Of a stretch of DNA of 64,000 bases, positions 27,931 through 38,150 are shown one piece after another (the stretch's first letter is position 1; every line of letters starts with the position of its first letter). The stretch spans positions 8,489 to 72,488 of the forward strand of contig JBBTVD010000003.1 in assembly GCA_038063415.1 (NCBI GenBank), read 5' to 3'. The notes beneath the pieces are model-generated. The model saw only the letters and a list, made by a program, of their open reading frames with translations. It did not search any database and was not told the origin of the DNA. This stretch comes from Patescibacteria group bacterium (GTDB taxonomy: Bacteria; Patescibacteriota; Microgenomatia; Levybacterales; UBA12049). Made by a program: the position numbers and the translations under genes.

Positions 27931-28513
27931 AGTTCTTCTTGTATAACTTTTCTACGTATTTTGCAAGCATGTCTACTTCGATATTTACTTCATCACCTGG
28001 TTGGATCGCCGAAAGCATCGTATGCTCCCACGTATACGGTATAATCCCGACAGTAAAGTAATCATTGTGTGCTTCAACAACCGTTAAAGAAATGCCATTA
28101 AGACAAATTGATCCCTTAGTAATAAGATATTTACTCATAACTTCGGGAACACTAATGGTGAGAATATGACTGTTCCCTTCCTGTGTTATATCTTTTACAG
28201 TCCCGAGCCCATCTACATGCCCCTGCACAATATGTCCAGAAAGGAGTGTCTCGGCTGTCACTGGGAGCTCAAGATTAGCAATATTCCCCTCCTTAAGGGA
28301 ATCTAGCATAGTTTTTTTACTTGTTTCAGGCATAATCTGGACACGAAAGGTATCTGCTTTTGGCTCAGCAAGTGCAGTGAGACATACACCATTAATGCTA
28401 ATACTTGTCCCTTCTTGTATCTTTGCAAGCAAAGAATGATCAGTCGAGAAAGTAAAGGTGTCGCCTTTTTTTTGTTGAAGGATACCTGTATGGGTAATAA
28501 TGCCAGTAAACAT
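27923..28513 (-). CDS. ribE: Riboflavin synthase
   Basis: MFTGII start, SISINGVCLT, GHIVQGHVDG, KGSICLNGISLT, VNIEVD. Confidence 0.93.
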   Translation of the reverse strand: MFTGIITHTGILQQKKGDTFTFSTDHSLLAKIQEGTSISINGVCLTALAEPKADTFRVQIMPETSKKTMLDSLKEGNIANLELPVTAETLLSGHIVQGHVDGLGTVKDITQEGNSHILTISVPEVMSKYLITKGSICLNGISLTVVEAHNDYFTVGIIPYTWEHTMLSAIQPGDEVNIEVDMLAKYVEKLYKKNYA

Positions 28514-28541
28514 GCAAATATCATACCACAAAAAACTCAAT

Positions 28542-28608
28542 TGTCATCCTGGAAGGAGCAAGCGACTGATAGGATCTTAAGATTCTATCGCTACGCTCCA
28601 GAATGACG
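28542..28608. repeat. GTCAT...ATGAC palindromic element
   Basis: tgtcatcctgga...gataggatcttaagattctatc...tccagaatgacg. Confidence 0.75.
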
Positions 28609-28615
28609 ATTTTCT

Positions 28616-29983
28616 TTAGGGAAGAAAAAAGGAAACAACGGTAGCTATCCCAGCAAGCGCCATGATACCGGTAATATACCAGCCAAGAGCAGCGGTGAAA
28701 TGAGAATTGATCCTATCCTTAACAATTCTGGGATTACTTGTCATCTGAACAATCAAAAAGAGAATTAAAGGAGCAACTAATGCATTAATAACAGCTGAAA
28801 TAATAAGCATCGAGATAGGATTGATCCCGAAAAAATTAATAGCAAAACCGAGAAGCATAGACAGAATAATAATCCCATAAAAAGCCCTCGCCTGATGGAG
28901 TTTGCGATAGAGACCTGAACGCCATTTGAAACTCTCTGCCATGGTATATGCAGCTGAACCAGCAAGGACAGGAATGGCAAGAAGACCCGTACCAATAATG
29001 CCAAAAGCAAAGAGGAGGAAAGCATATTCACCTGCTAGGGGACGAAGCGCCTGGGCAGCATCGGCAGCTGAGGTAATCGTGGTAATACCGTTGGAGAACA
29101 ACACAGCGGCACATGTGGCTATAATAAAATACATTACAAGATTAGAAAGGGTCATGCCAACCCATACGTCTATACGCATTTTTTTAATTTCTTCATCGGT
29201 GGTATTTTCACGTAAACGGAGATTTGTTTTGCCATGTAAAATCTCTTCTTCCACTTCGTGGGATGTCTGCCAGAAAAAAAGATAGGGAGAAATGGTCGTT
29301 CCAAGGATTGCTGTCACGATAAAAATTTGATCTTTTGAAAAGGAAAACGTAGGCAAAAAAGTTGCCTGAATAAGCTGGTTTATATCTAGTCCCACGATAA
29401 AAGCGGTCGCCACATACGAAAACAGTACGATTACTAAATATTTTAAGTATTTAGCATATTTTTCATACGGCATAAAAATCTGTAACCCCAAACAAAAGAA
29501 GGTAAAACCAAGACAGGCGAGTATAAAATTGGTCTCAGGAAACACGAGCTGAAAAGCCGCCGCCATAGCCCCAATATCAGCACCGATATTAAAGGTATTG
29601 GCGGTAAAAAGAAGCGTTGCGCAAAGGTAAAGCACCCACTTTGGATAGTAGATTCGGATGTTACCGGCAAGGCCACGACCTGTTGTCAAACCAATTCTGG
29701 CACACATTTCTTGTACGACTGCCATAAAAGGAAATGTAAACAGAGCAAGCCACAAGAATTGAAAACCGTATTTGGCTCCGGTCTGCGAATAGGTAGCAAT
29801 GCCAGATGGATCATCATCCGCAGCGCCAGTAATTAGCCCAGGCCCAAGATTGACCCAGAATTTGTGTGCACGCTTTACATGCTGGAGTTTTGACGCTCCT
29901 CTTTCAATTTTTTTGGTCATATCGATACTTTTTTCAAGTACGATAGAGGGTGCTGATACGAGCCTTTCAAGCTTTTTATCCAT
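28616..29983 (-). CDS. NRAMP/MntH-like divalent metal transporter
   Basis: LGPGLITGAADDDPSGIATYSQTGA, QEMCARIG, LGTTISPYLFFWQ. Confidence 0.88.
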   Translation of the reverse strand: MDKKLERLVSAPSIVLEKSIDMTKKIERGASKLQHVKRAHKFWVNLGPGLITGAADDDPSGIATYSQTGAKYGFQFLWLALFTFPFMAVVQEMCARIGLTTGRGLAGNIRIYYPKWVLYLCATLLFTANTFNIGADIGAMAAAFQLVFPETNFILACLGFTFFCLGLQIFMPYEKYAKYLKYLVIVLFSYVATAFIVGLDINQLIQATFLPTFSFSKDQIFIVTAILGTTISPYLFFWQTSHEVEEEILHGKTNLRLRENTTDEEIKKMRIDVWVGMTLSNLVMYFIIATCAAVLFSNGITTITSAADAAQALRPLAGEYAFLLFAFGIIGTGLLAIPVLAGSAAYTMAESFKWRSGLYRKLHQARAFYGIIILSMLLGFAINFFGINPISMLIISAVINALVAPLILFLIVQMTSNPRIVKDRINSHFTAALGWYITGIMALAGIATVVSFFLP

Positions 29984-30055
29984 ATCTTATTCATATCACG
30001 CAAAGACGCACAATAACAAGAGGAAATCTTTATAAAAAAGGTGTATACTATGTCT

Positions 30056-30598
30056 ATGGCTGAACCTATTATTCAAACGTCCTCATTGGCAGGCGTTCTC
30101 CAAATTACTCGTCCTACTTTCCCCGATGATCGTGGGTTTTTCCGTGAATCTTTCCGTAAAACAGAGCTTGAACAAGCTCTTAATACTTCATTTGATATCA
30201 AACAGATGAACCATTCTAGGTCGAGTAAAAGCACTCTTCGTGGTATCCATAGCGCTCCATGGAACAAACTTATTTATGTTACGAGGGGAACCGTCCAATC
30301 AGTGATTGTAGACCTGCGAGAAGACTCGCCTACCTTTGGAAAATATGAATCGTTTATCATCGGTGAAGAGAACAAAGCAAGTATTTTTGTCCCTGCATAT
30401 ACCGGAAATTCATATCTGGTCCTCAGTGAGGATGCAGATTATACCTATCTCACTGATCAGGAATGGGAGCCGGGAAAAGAAATTGGCGTGGCGTGGAATG
30501 ACCCAGATATAGCAGTTAAATGGGAAATAGCTGATGGATTACTCCTTTCAGAAAAAGACAAACAGAATCAGCCGTTTAAGGAAGTCTTTCCTCGATAA
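30056..30598 (+). CDS. dTDP-4-dehydrorhamnose 3,5-epimerase family protein
   Basis: DDRGFFRE, TLRGIH, VDLREDSPTFG, WNDPDIAVKW, LSEKD; TATACT 6 nt before ATG 30056. Confidence 0.88.
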   Translation: MAEPIIQTSSLAGVLQITRPTFPDDRGFFRESFRKTELEQALNTSFDIKQMNHSRSSKSTLRGIHSAPWNKLIYVTRGTVQSVIVDLREDSPTFGKYESFIIGEENKASIFVPAYTGNSYLVLSEDADYTYLTDQEWEPGKEIGVAWNDPDIAVKWEIADGLLLSEKDKQNQPFKEVFPR

Positions 30599-31055
30599 GC
30601 TTATTCCATCCTTGCAGTGAAAAAAAGTTTTTTTCCTTCATTTGCTCAAGTGTCTGTCTGACATTCTCTGTAAGATTCTTAGGAAGAGAGTCTAGAGAAA
30701 ACCAGCGTAAATCATCACATTTTTCTGGTTCTCCAATATGAGGACTACCTTCCCAAGCAGTCGCTGCGAGGTAAAAATCGACATATTCAATATCCACATT
30801 CCGATGCATCACATGTACTACTGATAAATCTTTTTCTTCAATGGTAAGACCAGCCTCTTCCTTTGCCTCTCTCATCATTGCCTGAAAAACTGTCTCATCG
30901 CCATCCAAATGTCCAGCAACAAGACTATACCAGCCATCTTTCCAACCTGTATTAAAACGGCGCAGCAGAAGAATATGGTTATCTCTTATGAGCACGAGAT
31001 AGACTGCGGCTCTGACAGTAAAGCGTTGTTTAGCTTTTTTTTGTTTGTCTTTCAT
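30576..31055 (-). CDS. NUDIX hydrolase
   Basis: AGHLDGDETVFQAMMREAKEEAGL Nudix box; EPEKCDDLRWF. Confidence 0.9.
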   Translation of the reverse strand: MKDKQKKAKQRFTVRAAVYLVLIRDNHILLLRRFNTGWKDGWYSLVAGHLDGDETVFQAMMREAKEEAGLTIEEKDLSVVHVMHRNVDIEYVDFYLAATAWEGSPHIGEPEKCDDLRWFSLDSLPKNLTENVRQTLEQMKEKNFFSLQGWNKLIEERLP

Positions 31056-31362
31056 AGATACTGATAATGCTTACACCAATAAGTGCCCATTGAAAAGGAA
31101 CATACAGAGGAATATTAAAGAAATGCTTTATTTCATACGACCAAGCAGGGATAGTATTTACATAAAAAATTTCTACCAGAGAACCCAGAATAACTATCGC
31201 GACATAAAAATTCAGTTCGTGTTTAATCGGATATTTGGTATGTTTGTACCATGAGAGAATAAGGAGGAGTGCAACGAGTAAAAAAGGCTGTAACCAAAAT
31301 AAATAAATACAAAGGAGGGCGATAAAAAGAATAAGAAAGAGTGGCAAACTCGACTTTAGCAT
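31030..31362 (-). CDS. Small 4-TM membrane protein
   Basis: Hydrophobic; GSLVEIF..WSY..FFNIPLYVPFQW. Confidence 0.65.
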   Translation of the reverse strand: MLKSSLPLFLILFIALLCIYLFWLQPFLLVALLLILSWYKHTKYPIKHELNFYVAIVILGSLVEIFYVNTIPAWSYEIKHFFNIPLYVPFQWALIGVSIISIYERQTKKS

Positions 31363-31383
31363 AATAAGGCTATTGTAGCAAAA

Positions 31384-34300
31384 CTACTCCTTTTTTGCTC
31401 TTTCGTTTTTCTTTCCTTCACTGCCTTCAAACATAAGGTAATAGACAACAGGAATAAAGAACAACATGATAGACCCAGAGAAGAACAAACCTGAGATAAT
31501 AGCCCCACCAAGGCCTCTCCAGAGTGGGTCAGACAAAGTGATTGGGATCAAACCAACAATTGCGGCAAAGGTAGTTAAGGCAACTGGCTCAAGTCGGCTT
31601 TCTGCTCCATCAACAACCGCTTCTCTAAAGGCCATCCCTGATTTGAGATTTTGATTAATCTTATCAACAACTAGAATTGAATTCTTCACCACAATACCAA
31701 ACAGTGCAAGCACACCAATAAGCGCAGGAAAAGAGAGCGGCGTATTGGTCAACGCAAAGATAATAAACACACCAGAGATTGAAAGTGGGATAACGAGCAT
31801 CACGATAAATGCCTTACGGAAAGATGAAAACTGGAGCACCATTGTCACAATAATAAGGAAGAATGAGAACAACATTGCCTGAAGAATAGAAGTAACAGAG
31901 TTATTGTTTTCCTCATTTGCTCCCCCAGTTTGCCAAGAGTAGTCCTCTGGCAGATTTATACTATCAGCGTATTTTTCGAGTTTCTGATTAAATTCAGTGA
32001 TCGAATTTCCCTGTGTGACACCTGCACTGACAGAAATAGTTCGTTTGCCATCTTCACGGGTTATCAGGGTTGGATTGGAGCGCATTTCAAATTTCCCAAG
32101 GGAGCCAAGGGTAACTGAGCCATCTTCGGTTGAGATAGTAACTGTCGCAAGCTTCTCAAGGGTTTGTGTACTTGTGTCTGTACGAAGGATCACGTCTTGC
32201 TCATCCTCAGTATCTCCGACAAAATGCATGTCTTCTTCAAGCGTAAATCCTGTCGCATAGGTTCGGAGGAACAGACCAATTTGTTCCTGAGTTACTTCTG
32301 CATCAAGCATCTTTTGATAATCAGGGACAAAAACGATTTTACTTGTCCCTGGAGTGATAGACTTTGTGACATTGGTTATACCAGGCTCTTTTTTGAGGTA
32401 ATCTTCAATACGAGTCGCATAGATATCAAGTGCTTCTAACTCTTCACCAAACAATTTTATTTGAATGTCACTCCCAGCAGGCGGTCCTCCGCTTACTTCA
32501 ACTATGGATAACTTCCCCGCAGTATAATTCACATATTTCGCTCGAAGATCTTCAGCAAGCTTTATTGATGATGAATCTCCACCTACTTCTGGAAGAACAA
32601 GCGTAATTAAGGCTGTGTTGTCCTGTGCTCCACCGTACCCTCGTCCTGGATCGATACTTAATCGTAGGGTAGATGTCGCAAAAGAGACTTCAGGAAGCGT
32701 ACGGACTTCTTCTAAGATTTTTAACGCTTCATCATTGGTCTGTTCTTTATTGGTACCTGCTGGCATTTCAAGAGCAAGATACAGATAGGCAACATCACTC
32801 TTGGGGAAGAATTCGTTTTTGACAAAACCTAGTGGAAGTAGCAGATACGATAAGAAGGAAAAGAGCGCAACTGCCATGACGGCTTTACGACGGTTTTCTT
32901 TCGTAGAAAGTATTTTTTCAAGCAGAGCTCGATAATGTACTCCAATCGTTTCAAAGCTAATGACACCATGATCAAGATACTGTTGTATGTTATTGCGAGC
33001 AAACGATAGTTTATGTGGCAAGCCCCGAGCTGATTTAGATTGCTTCGTCGTTCCACTCCTCGCAATGACGTTTTTAAAACGTTTGCTCAGTGCATCTCGC
33101 AATGATGACCGCACTTGGAAAAAGATAAAGAGATTGACAAAGAACAGGAGAAGCGCAGGCAAGAAAAGCTCGCCCTTTGGTGCAAGAGCCAAGAAAATAC
33201 CAAAGATTACGAGCAATCCTACAAGGCGAAGGAAGGTAACCACACGAGAAGGGATTTTTGATTTAAGTAATAGTACAAAGATAGGAAGCGTGATAAACAT
33301 CGCGACGATGAACGAACCAAGTAAGGTACTTGAAACAACAACAGGAATGGGTTTAATAAATTCACCGATAATGCCACTTGCCATAAGGAGTGGGACAAAT
33401 GCCCATACCGTTGTCAGCGTTGTCGTAAAGATAGCGGTCTTAAAATCGCGCCACACCAAAAGCCCTGCTTCAAGCGGACTAAACTTACGGGTTCGATAGT
33501 AGGCAGTCAGTGCAGAAATGACCACAATTGTGTCATCAACCAGAAGACCTAACGAAAGCAAGAATGAGAAGAAAGCAATAAAACTAAGTGCAATACCATT
33601 CATACTCATCAGAATAAAGGTAAATAAGAAGGTCAATGGAATAGAAAGTGATGAAAGGATAGCCTGACGAATTCCCAAAAAGAGGAACAAAATAATGAAC
33701 ACCAGTCCAATGGTAATAAACAAATCTCGAACTAATTCATTATATTGATCATCAATTTCTTCACCAGTATCAATAACTGAAGAAATAGTAAACTTTCCGT
33801 CGTACTGAGTCGTTAGATCGTCAGCAACAGTCCGTGCTTCTTCAACCGCCGAGGTAATATTGGACGAGCTTTTTTTGTAGACATCAAACCGTACGGTCTG
33901 TACGGGTGCCTGATCTTTGGTTGCGATGTAGGAATCTGCGGTATCTGGCTTGGTATGACGGCTAATCTGTGCAACATCAGACAATAACATAGTATTCCCA
34001 TTGGCTTTGATACGAAGATTTCGCAGATCTTCAAGGGTTGTTATTGTTGGATCAAGACTCAAGACAAAAGATGAGGTATCTGTATTGACCGTTCCTGCAG
34101 GGAATGAGCCAGTTGCTGATTTGATACTTTGTGCAAGTGTCGTTGGATTTAATCCATAGGTTGTAAGCTTTGCTGGATCAATAACTACCTGTACTTCCTC
34201 ATTATCAAGTCCCGTTGCATCCACATGATCAATGGCTGATTGATTTTCCAACTTATCTTGGAGAGATTTCCCAAAACGAATTAAACTGACATTGTCATTA

Positions 34301-34788
34301 CCACCACTGACGGTGAAGGTCCATACAGGCTCATTTTCAAAATCAAACTTTTGCACAACTGGATCTTGCGCATCTTCAGGTAAATCACTGACACTCTCAA
34401 CAGCAGACTGTACGTCTCTTTTTGCTTCATCAGGGTCAACACCTGATTCAAACTCAATGGTCACTGCTGAGACAGAATCACGAGAAGAAGAGGTCATCGT
34501 ACTTACTTTTTTGAGACTACCAAGACTATCTTCGATTGGTATGGTCAGAAGTGATTCGACATCCTGAGGAGAAGCTCCGGGAAGTACCGTTGAGACATTC
34601 ACAATTGGGATATTAATCGAAGGATTAAGCACGCGGGGAAGGTTGCTATAACTAATCGTCCCTGCGGCAACCAAAAGAAGCACCAAGAGGACAACCAGCC
34701 GAATATTTTGCATATATCGACCAAAAAATGACGTGAGTAGTTTGGGGTCAAACGTTAAATTTTTTAGATAACTGGTAATTTCTGCCAT
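31384..34788 (-). CDS. AcrB/AcrD/AcrF-family RND transporter
   Basis: PGASPQDVE, LGLLVDDTIVV, GIVVKNSILVVD, SRLEPVALTT; two large extracytoplasmic domains. Confidence 0.93.
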   Translation of the reverse strand: MAEITSYLKNLTFDPKLLTSFFGRYMQNIRLVVLLVLLLVAAGTISYSNLPRVLNPSINIPIVNVSTVLPGASPQDVESLLTIPIEDSLGSLKKVSTMTSSSRDSVSAVTIEFESGVDPDEAKRDVQSAVESVSDLPEDAQDPVVQKFDFENEPVWTFTVSGGNDNVSLIRFGKSLQDKLENQSAIDHVDATGLDNEEVQVVIDPAKLTTYGLNPTTLAQSIKSATGSFPAGTVNTDTSSFVLSLDPTITTLEDLRNLRIKANGNTMLLSDVAQISRHTKPDTADSYIATKDQAPVQTVRFDVYKKSSSNITSAVEEARTVADDLTTQYDGKFTISSVIDTGEEIDDQYNELVRDLFITIGLVFIILFLFLGIRQAILSSLSIPLTFLFTFILMSMNGIALSFIAFFSFLLSLGLLVDDTIVVISALTAYYRTRKFSPLEAGLLVWRDFKTAIFTTTLTTVWAFVPLLMASGIIGEFIKPIPVVVSSTLLGSFIVAMFITLPIFVLLLKSKIPSRVVTFLRLVGLLVIFGIFLALAPKGELFLPALLLFFVNLFIFFQVRSSLRDALSKRFKNVIARSGTTKQSKSARGLPHKLSFARNNIQQYLDHGVISFETIGVHYRALLEKILSTKENRRKAVMAVALFSFLSYLLLPLGFVKNEFFPKSDVAYLYLALEMPAGTNKEQTNDEALKILEEVRTLPEVSFATSTLRLSIDPGRGYGGAQDNTALITLVLPEVGGDSSSIKLAEDLRAKYVNYTAGKLSIVEVSGGPPAGSDIQIKLFGEELEALDIYATRIEDYLKKEPGITNVTKSITPGTSKIVFVPDYQKMLDAEVTQEQIGLFLRTYATGFTLEEDMHFVGDTEDEQDVILRTDTSTQTLEKLATVTISTEDGSVTLGSLGKFEMRSNPTLITREDGKRTISVSAGVTQGNSITEFNQKLEKYADSINLPEDYSWQTGGANEENNNSVTSILQAMLFSFFLIIVTMVLQFSSFRKAFIVMLVIPLSISGVFIIFALTNTPLSFPALIGVLALFGIVVKNSILVVDKINQNLKSGMAFREAVVDGAESRLEPVALTTFAAIVGLIPITLSDPLWRGLGGAIISGLFFSGSIMLFFIPVVYYLMFEGSEGKKNERAKKE
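32988..33070 (-). repeat. GTCAT-type palindromic element inserted in frame in the RND gene
   Basis: cgtcattgcgaggagtggaacgacgaagcaatct...gctcgcaataaca; 81 nt (32989-33069) encode VIARSGTTKQSKSARGLPHKLSFARNN. Confidence 0.8.
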
Positions 34789-34789
34789 G

Positions 34790-36259
34790 CTAGTTAATGC
34801 TTATCTTATCTCCCGCAATGACATTTCTATCGAGGATAACCTGATCACCGAATTGCAATCCTGAAACGACTTGTACTGAGTTACCATATACGCTGCCAAG
34901 TTTTACTGAACGAGTTTCTGCTTTGCCATTGCGAATAACAAGGACGTAGGATGCATCCTGTGTTTGATAGACTGCATCAACCGGCACGTATGGATCAACT
35001 GAAGACGTCTTGGCTGTATCAACAGGGACTGCAATAGAGAGATAGTCGCCATCCGACAATGAACCTGATTTCTTTTCAGGGATATCGTAAAAGACACTGT
35101 ATAAGTTACCATCAGTTGCTTCTGATGAAACATAATAGGGAGTTACAGAAACTTCTTCATCACTAATCGTCAGTGTACTTGGTTCTCCTTTGGAGATAAT
35201 ATGAGCAATACTCTGCGGAACTTGCAATACTGCGGTTGCTTTTTTCTCAGTACCTGAGACAACTGCCAGTACGGTACCTGGACTTACTGATTCGCCTGGA
35301 TTTACATATATACGCTCAACCGTACCAGCAAAAGGACTTGCTGGAGCCATCATTGCTTCACTTACATAAGCAAGACTTACTTGCAGTCGTGCAACTTCAC
35401 GATTCATTTGCAAAGCTCTTTCCTGAATATCAAGCTGTTGGAGCGTTAAGTCTTTTTGTAAATCAGAAAGTTTTGCTGGCGGATTATCGATACTGCCTTG
35501 GTATTCCAGCGTGCGTTGTGAAGAACGTAATTGTAACAACCCACTCTCTGCTTGTTTTATTTGCCCTTCGATTGATTGCACTTCTTCATCTTGATCTGAG
35601 ACTCCTGCATTTTCAAGGATGTCCAAAGCATCATTTAACTGATCAATTTGGTAATTAGTATTATCTATCTGAGAATTGGTATCCTCATTTGATTTTTGAC
35701 TAATTTCACGCATTCGATCAGTGTTTTCGTCAGTTCGTGTAGCGATATCTTTTTGTTTTGCGATCGTATCCTTTTGCTTATCAAAGGTATCAACCACATT
35801 TTGATATTGTTCTTGCGCAATTTGTCTCTGTACAGAAGCCGCATTGCCTCCCTGATAATTTGAAGAAAGGGAAACAAGGGTTTGACCTCGGTCGACACTT
35901 GTTCCTTCTGTTACCGCAACATATTGGACGATACCAGCAGTTTGTGCTGTTATTTCAACAACTCCCTCTTTCTCAACAGCTGCTTGGAAGGTTGCCTTTG
36001 GCGTATCACCGATACTGTAGACTTTTACCTTTTTTGTTTGTGGCTGTGCTACTACTTCTTTTTCCGTGTGACGAAGGACTTGTCCGACAAAAAGTACGAC
36101 AAAAAGCAAAAGAAAAGCGATGACTAAGCTTCCAAGAGGTTTACGTTTGATAAATGCAGTTACTTTTGTATACGCTGTCTTAGCTTTTTTGGTAACACTT
36201 TGCTTGAATGAAGCAAATTTCTTTTTTACGACAAGAGATGTGAGATTAAATTTTTTCAT
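34790..36259 (-). CDS. RND membrane fusion (adaptor) protein
   Basis: TM, ITAQTAGIVQYVAVTEG, long coiled coil, SPFAGTVERIYVNPGE, GLQFGDQVI. Confidence 0.85.
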   Translation of the reverse strand: MKKFNLTSLVVKKKFASFKQSVTKKAKTAYTKVTAFIKRKPLGSLVIAFLLLFVVLFVGQVLRHTEKEVVAQPQTKKVKVYSIGDTPKATFQAAVEKEGVVEITAQTAGIVQYVAVTEGTSVDRGQTLVSLSSNYQGGNAASVQRQIAQEQYQNVVDTFDKQKDTIAKQKDIATRTDENTDRMREISQKSNEDTNSQIDNTNYQIDQLNDALDILENAGVSDQDEEVQSIEGQIKQAESGLLQLRSSQRTLEYQGSIDNPPAKLSDLQKDLTLQQLDIQERALQMNREVARLQVSLAYVSEAMMAPASPFAGTVERIYVNPGESVSPGTVLAVVSGTEKKATAVLQVPQSIAHIISKGEPSTLTISDEEVSVTPYYVSSEATDGNLYSVFYDIPEKKSGSLSDGDYLSIAVPVDTAKTSSVDPYVPVDAVYQTQDASYVLVIRNGKAETRSVKLGSVYGNSVQVVSGLQFGDQVILDRNVIAGDKISIN

Positions 36260-36320
36260 AGGGTAAACCAAAAAGATAACAAGGTGGGCAAGAAGTCTGC
36301 TATCTCTATATAAAAGTACT

Positions 36321-36353
36321 TGTCATTTTATAGTAAAAAGACATTTTTGTCAA
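36321..36353 (-). promoter_or_regulatory. Sigma70 promoter with overlapping palindromic operator
   Basis: Minus strand TTGACA-N17-TAAAAT; tgtcattttat-a-gtaaaaagaca (9/11 inverted repeat) covers the -10. Confidence 0.65.
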
Positions 36354-36416
36354 TCAGTTAGTTCTATTGCTAACCCAAAAGATGACATCGTTTCCTAATC
36401 GTGCTTTAATAAAGCT

Positions 36417-37283
36417 ATGAAGTCCAAAAAGCATCCGACCATTGGTGTTGCTCTCGGAAGTGGTGGAGCAAAAGGTCTTGCGCATATTGGTGTGCTAAAA
36501 ACGCTTGAAAAGCATGGGATTGAGATTGATTATGTAGCAGGTTCAAGTATTGGAGCACTCATTGGCTCCTATTATGCTGCGTATCCCAATCTTACTGGAC
36601 TTGAAAAGCTTGTTTTTGATTTTAATCGTAAGCAAGGCTTTAGTCTCTTTGATCCCGCAATACGAGGAGGGCTTCTTAAAGGAAATAGACTTGAGGAATT
36701 TATCTCAGATATGCTTGAGGGGGCCACATTTGAAAAGCTTCGGATTCCTTTTATCGCTGTCGCAACTGACTTTAATACGGCAGAAGAAGTACTGATACGT
36801 GACGGATCATTGGTTAAAGCGGTCCGAGCAAGTATTGCTATCCCTGCAATTTTCCAACCTATCTGGTACAAAGATCGATTGCTTGCGGACGGAGGGCTGA
36901 GTGATCCTATCCCGGTACGAGCAGTCAAAGCCGTGGGAAGTGATATTGTTATTGCGGTTAATCTCGATAGCGCAACATTCCGTAATCAGGAAACGAAAAA
37001 GCTTCCAGTTTTCTCAACCATACCCATGCATGCAATTACGATTTTGAGACATCATCTTGCACTCCAAACGATACAAGCAGCCGATATCATTATTACACCC
37101 AAGACTGCTCCCGTAAGCCTTATTGGATGGAATTATTTTTTTGATAATGAAAAAGCTAAGTCAATGATTGAGGCAGGAGAAAAGGCTGCCGAGAAAATTA
37201 TCCCTGATCTTTTGAAGCTAATCGAACAAAAACGGGAAGAAAAACAAAATGTGTTACAAAGAATAGTCTCCTTTTTTAGATAA
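36417..37283 (+). CDS. Patatin-like phospholipase (RssA/NTE family)
   Basis: LGSGGAKGLAHIG, GSSIG, ADGG. Confidence 0.92.
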   Translation: MKSKKHPTIGVALGSGGAKGLAHIGVLKTLEKHGIEIDYVAGSSIGALIGSYYAAYPNLTGLEKLVFDFNRKQGFSLFDPAIRGGLLKGNRLEEFISDMLEGATFEKLRIPFIAVATDFNTAEEVLIRDGSLVKAVRASIAIPAIFQPIWYKDRLLADGGLSDPIPVRAVKAVGSDIVIAVNLDSATFRNQETKKLPVFSTIPMHAITILRHHLALQTIQAADIIITPKTAPVSLIGWNYFFDNEKAKSMIEAGEKAAEKIIPDLLKLIEQKREEKQNVLQRIVSFFR

Positions 37284-37365
37284 AAAAATACGTCAGAGAT
37301 TATTCGTATTTTCTTCTCTTTTTACTTCTTGTTCTTTTGTATGTATGTATGTATATTGGTCTAAT

Positions 37366-37785
37366 ATGTCAGAAAATTCACCTGGAGCGTCGGATGACGA
37401 GAGAAGCGATTACGAGCTTTTAAAAAAAGATCCTGAGAGACTTTGGAGAAGGCTTACGACAGAAGACCTTTCAAGAAGATCTAAAGCTTGGTTTTCAGAA
37501 AGACTTTCAGATCGTGATCTGACAGAAGAAATAAGAAAATTTCATGCGGAAGATGAGCTTACATCTTATTTTGTTGAATTATTTAAACCTAAAGAAGGGG
37601 ATTCATTGATACTTGAAGAAAAAAGAGAAAAGGTATTAAGAGAGACAGGGGAAAGAATTGGGACAACTGCTGAACCAAAAAGGCTTTTTCGTTTTTTGGG
37701 AGCAATAATGGCGGCATTAAGTAAGAGAAATACTGATTCGGAGCCTCAAGCTATTTCTCCAAGCAAACCAGAAGCTACCGAATAG
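37366..37785 (+). CDS. Hypothetical protein
   Basis: Charged helical ORF; ATG 37366 preferred; no motif recognised. Confidence 0.55.
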   Translation: MSENSPGASDDERSDYELLKKDPERLWRRLTTEDLSRRSKAWFSERLSDRDLTEEIRKFHAEDELTSYFVELFKPKEGDSLILEEKREKVLRETGERIGTTAEPKRLFRFLGAIMAALSKRNTDSEPQAISPSKPEATE

Positions 37786-37790
37786 TTTTA

Positions 37791-38150
37791 TCACTTCAAT
37801 TCTTGACCCAAATTTATATATTTTCCTGTCAACATTTTTGGTGTATTTTTTCGCAATAACGAGATAAGCTTCATGTCAATCTGACTCGATTGCCAACTTG
37901 GAGGAATGCCGATGATGCCAACATCATTTTTAGTCCCAGAAAGTGTGAGGAAATGCTTTATATTATGAGTAAGGATAATTCTCTTCTGTGAAACGGCAAT
38001 CAAGTAAACCTCCTGATCCGAAACGCCTCCTTTCCCAAGATCATGGTCAATATGTTTTACATCAAAATATTCATTAAGTCGAGGAAAGTCAGAACGAGGA
38101 GGCATATTCTCATCAAGCAAAATCTTATATTTATAAAGCTTTTTCACCAT
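37791..38150 (-). CDS. DUF5615 PIN-like toxin
   Basis: KILLDENMP, SDQEVYLIA...RIILTHNIKHF; overlaps DUF433 gene. Confidence 0.82.
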   Translation of the reverse strand: MVKKLYKYKILLDENMPPRSDFPRLNEYFDVKHIDHDLGKGGVSDQEVYLIAVSQKRIILTHNIKHFLTLSGTKNDVGIIGIPPSWQSSQIDMKLISLLRKNTPKMLTGKYINLGQELK

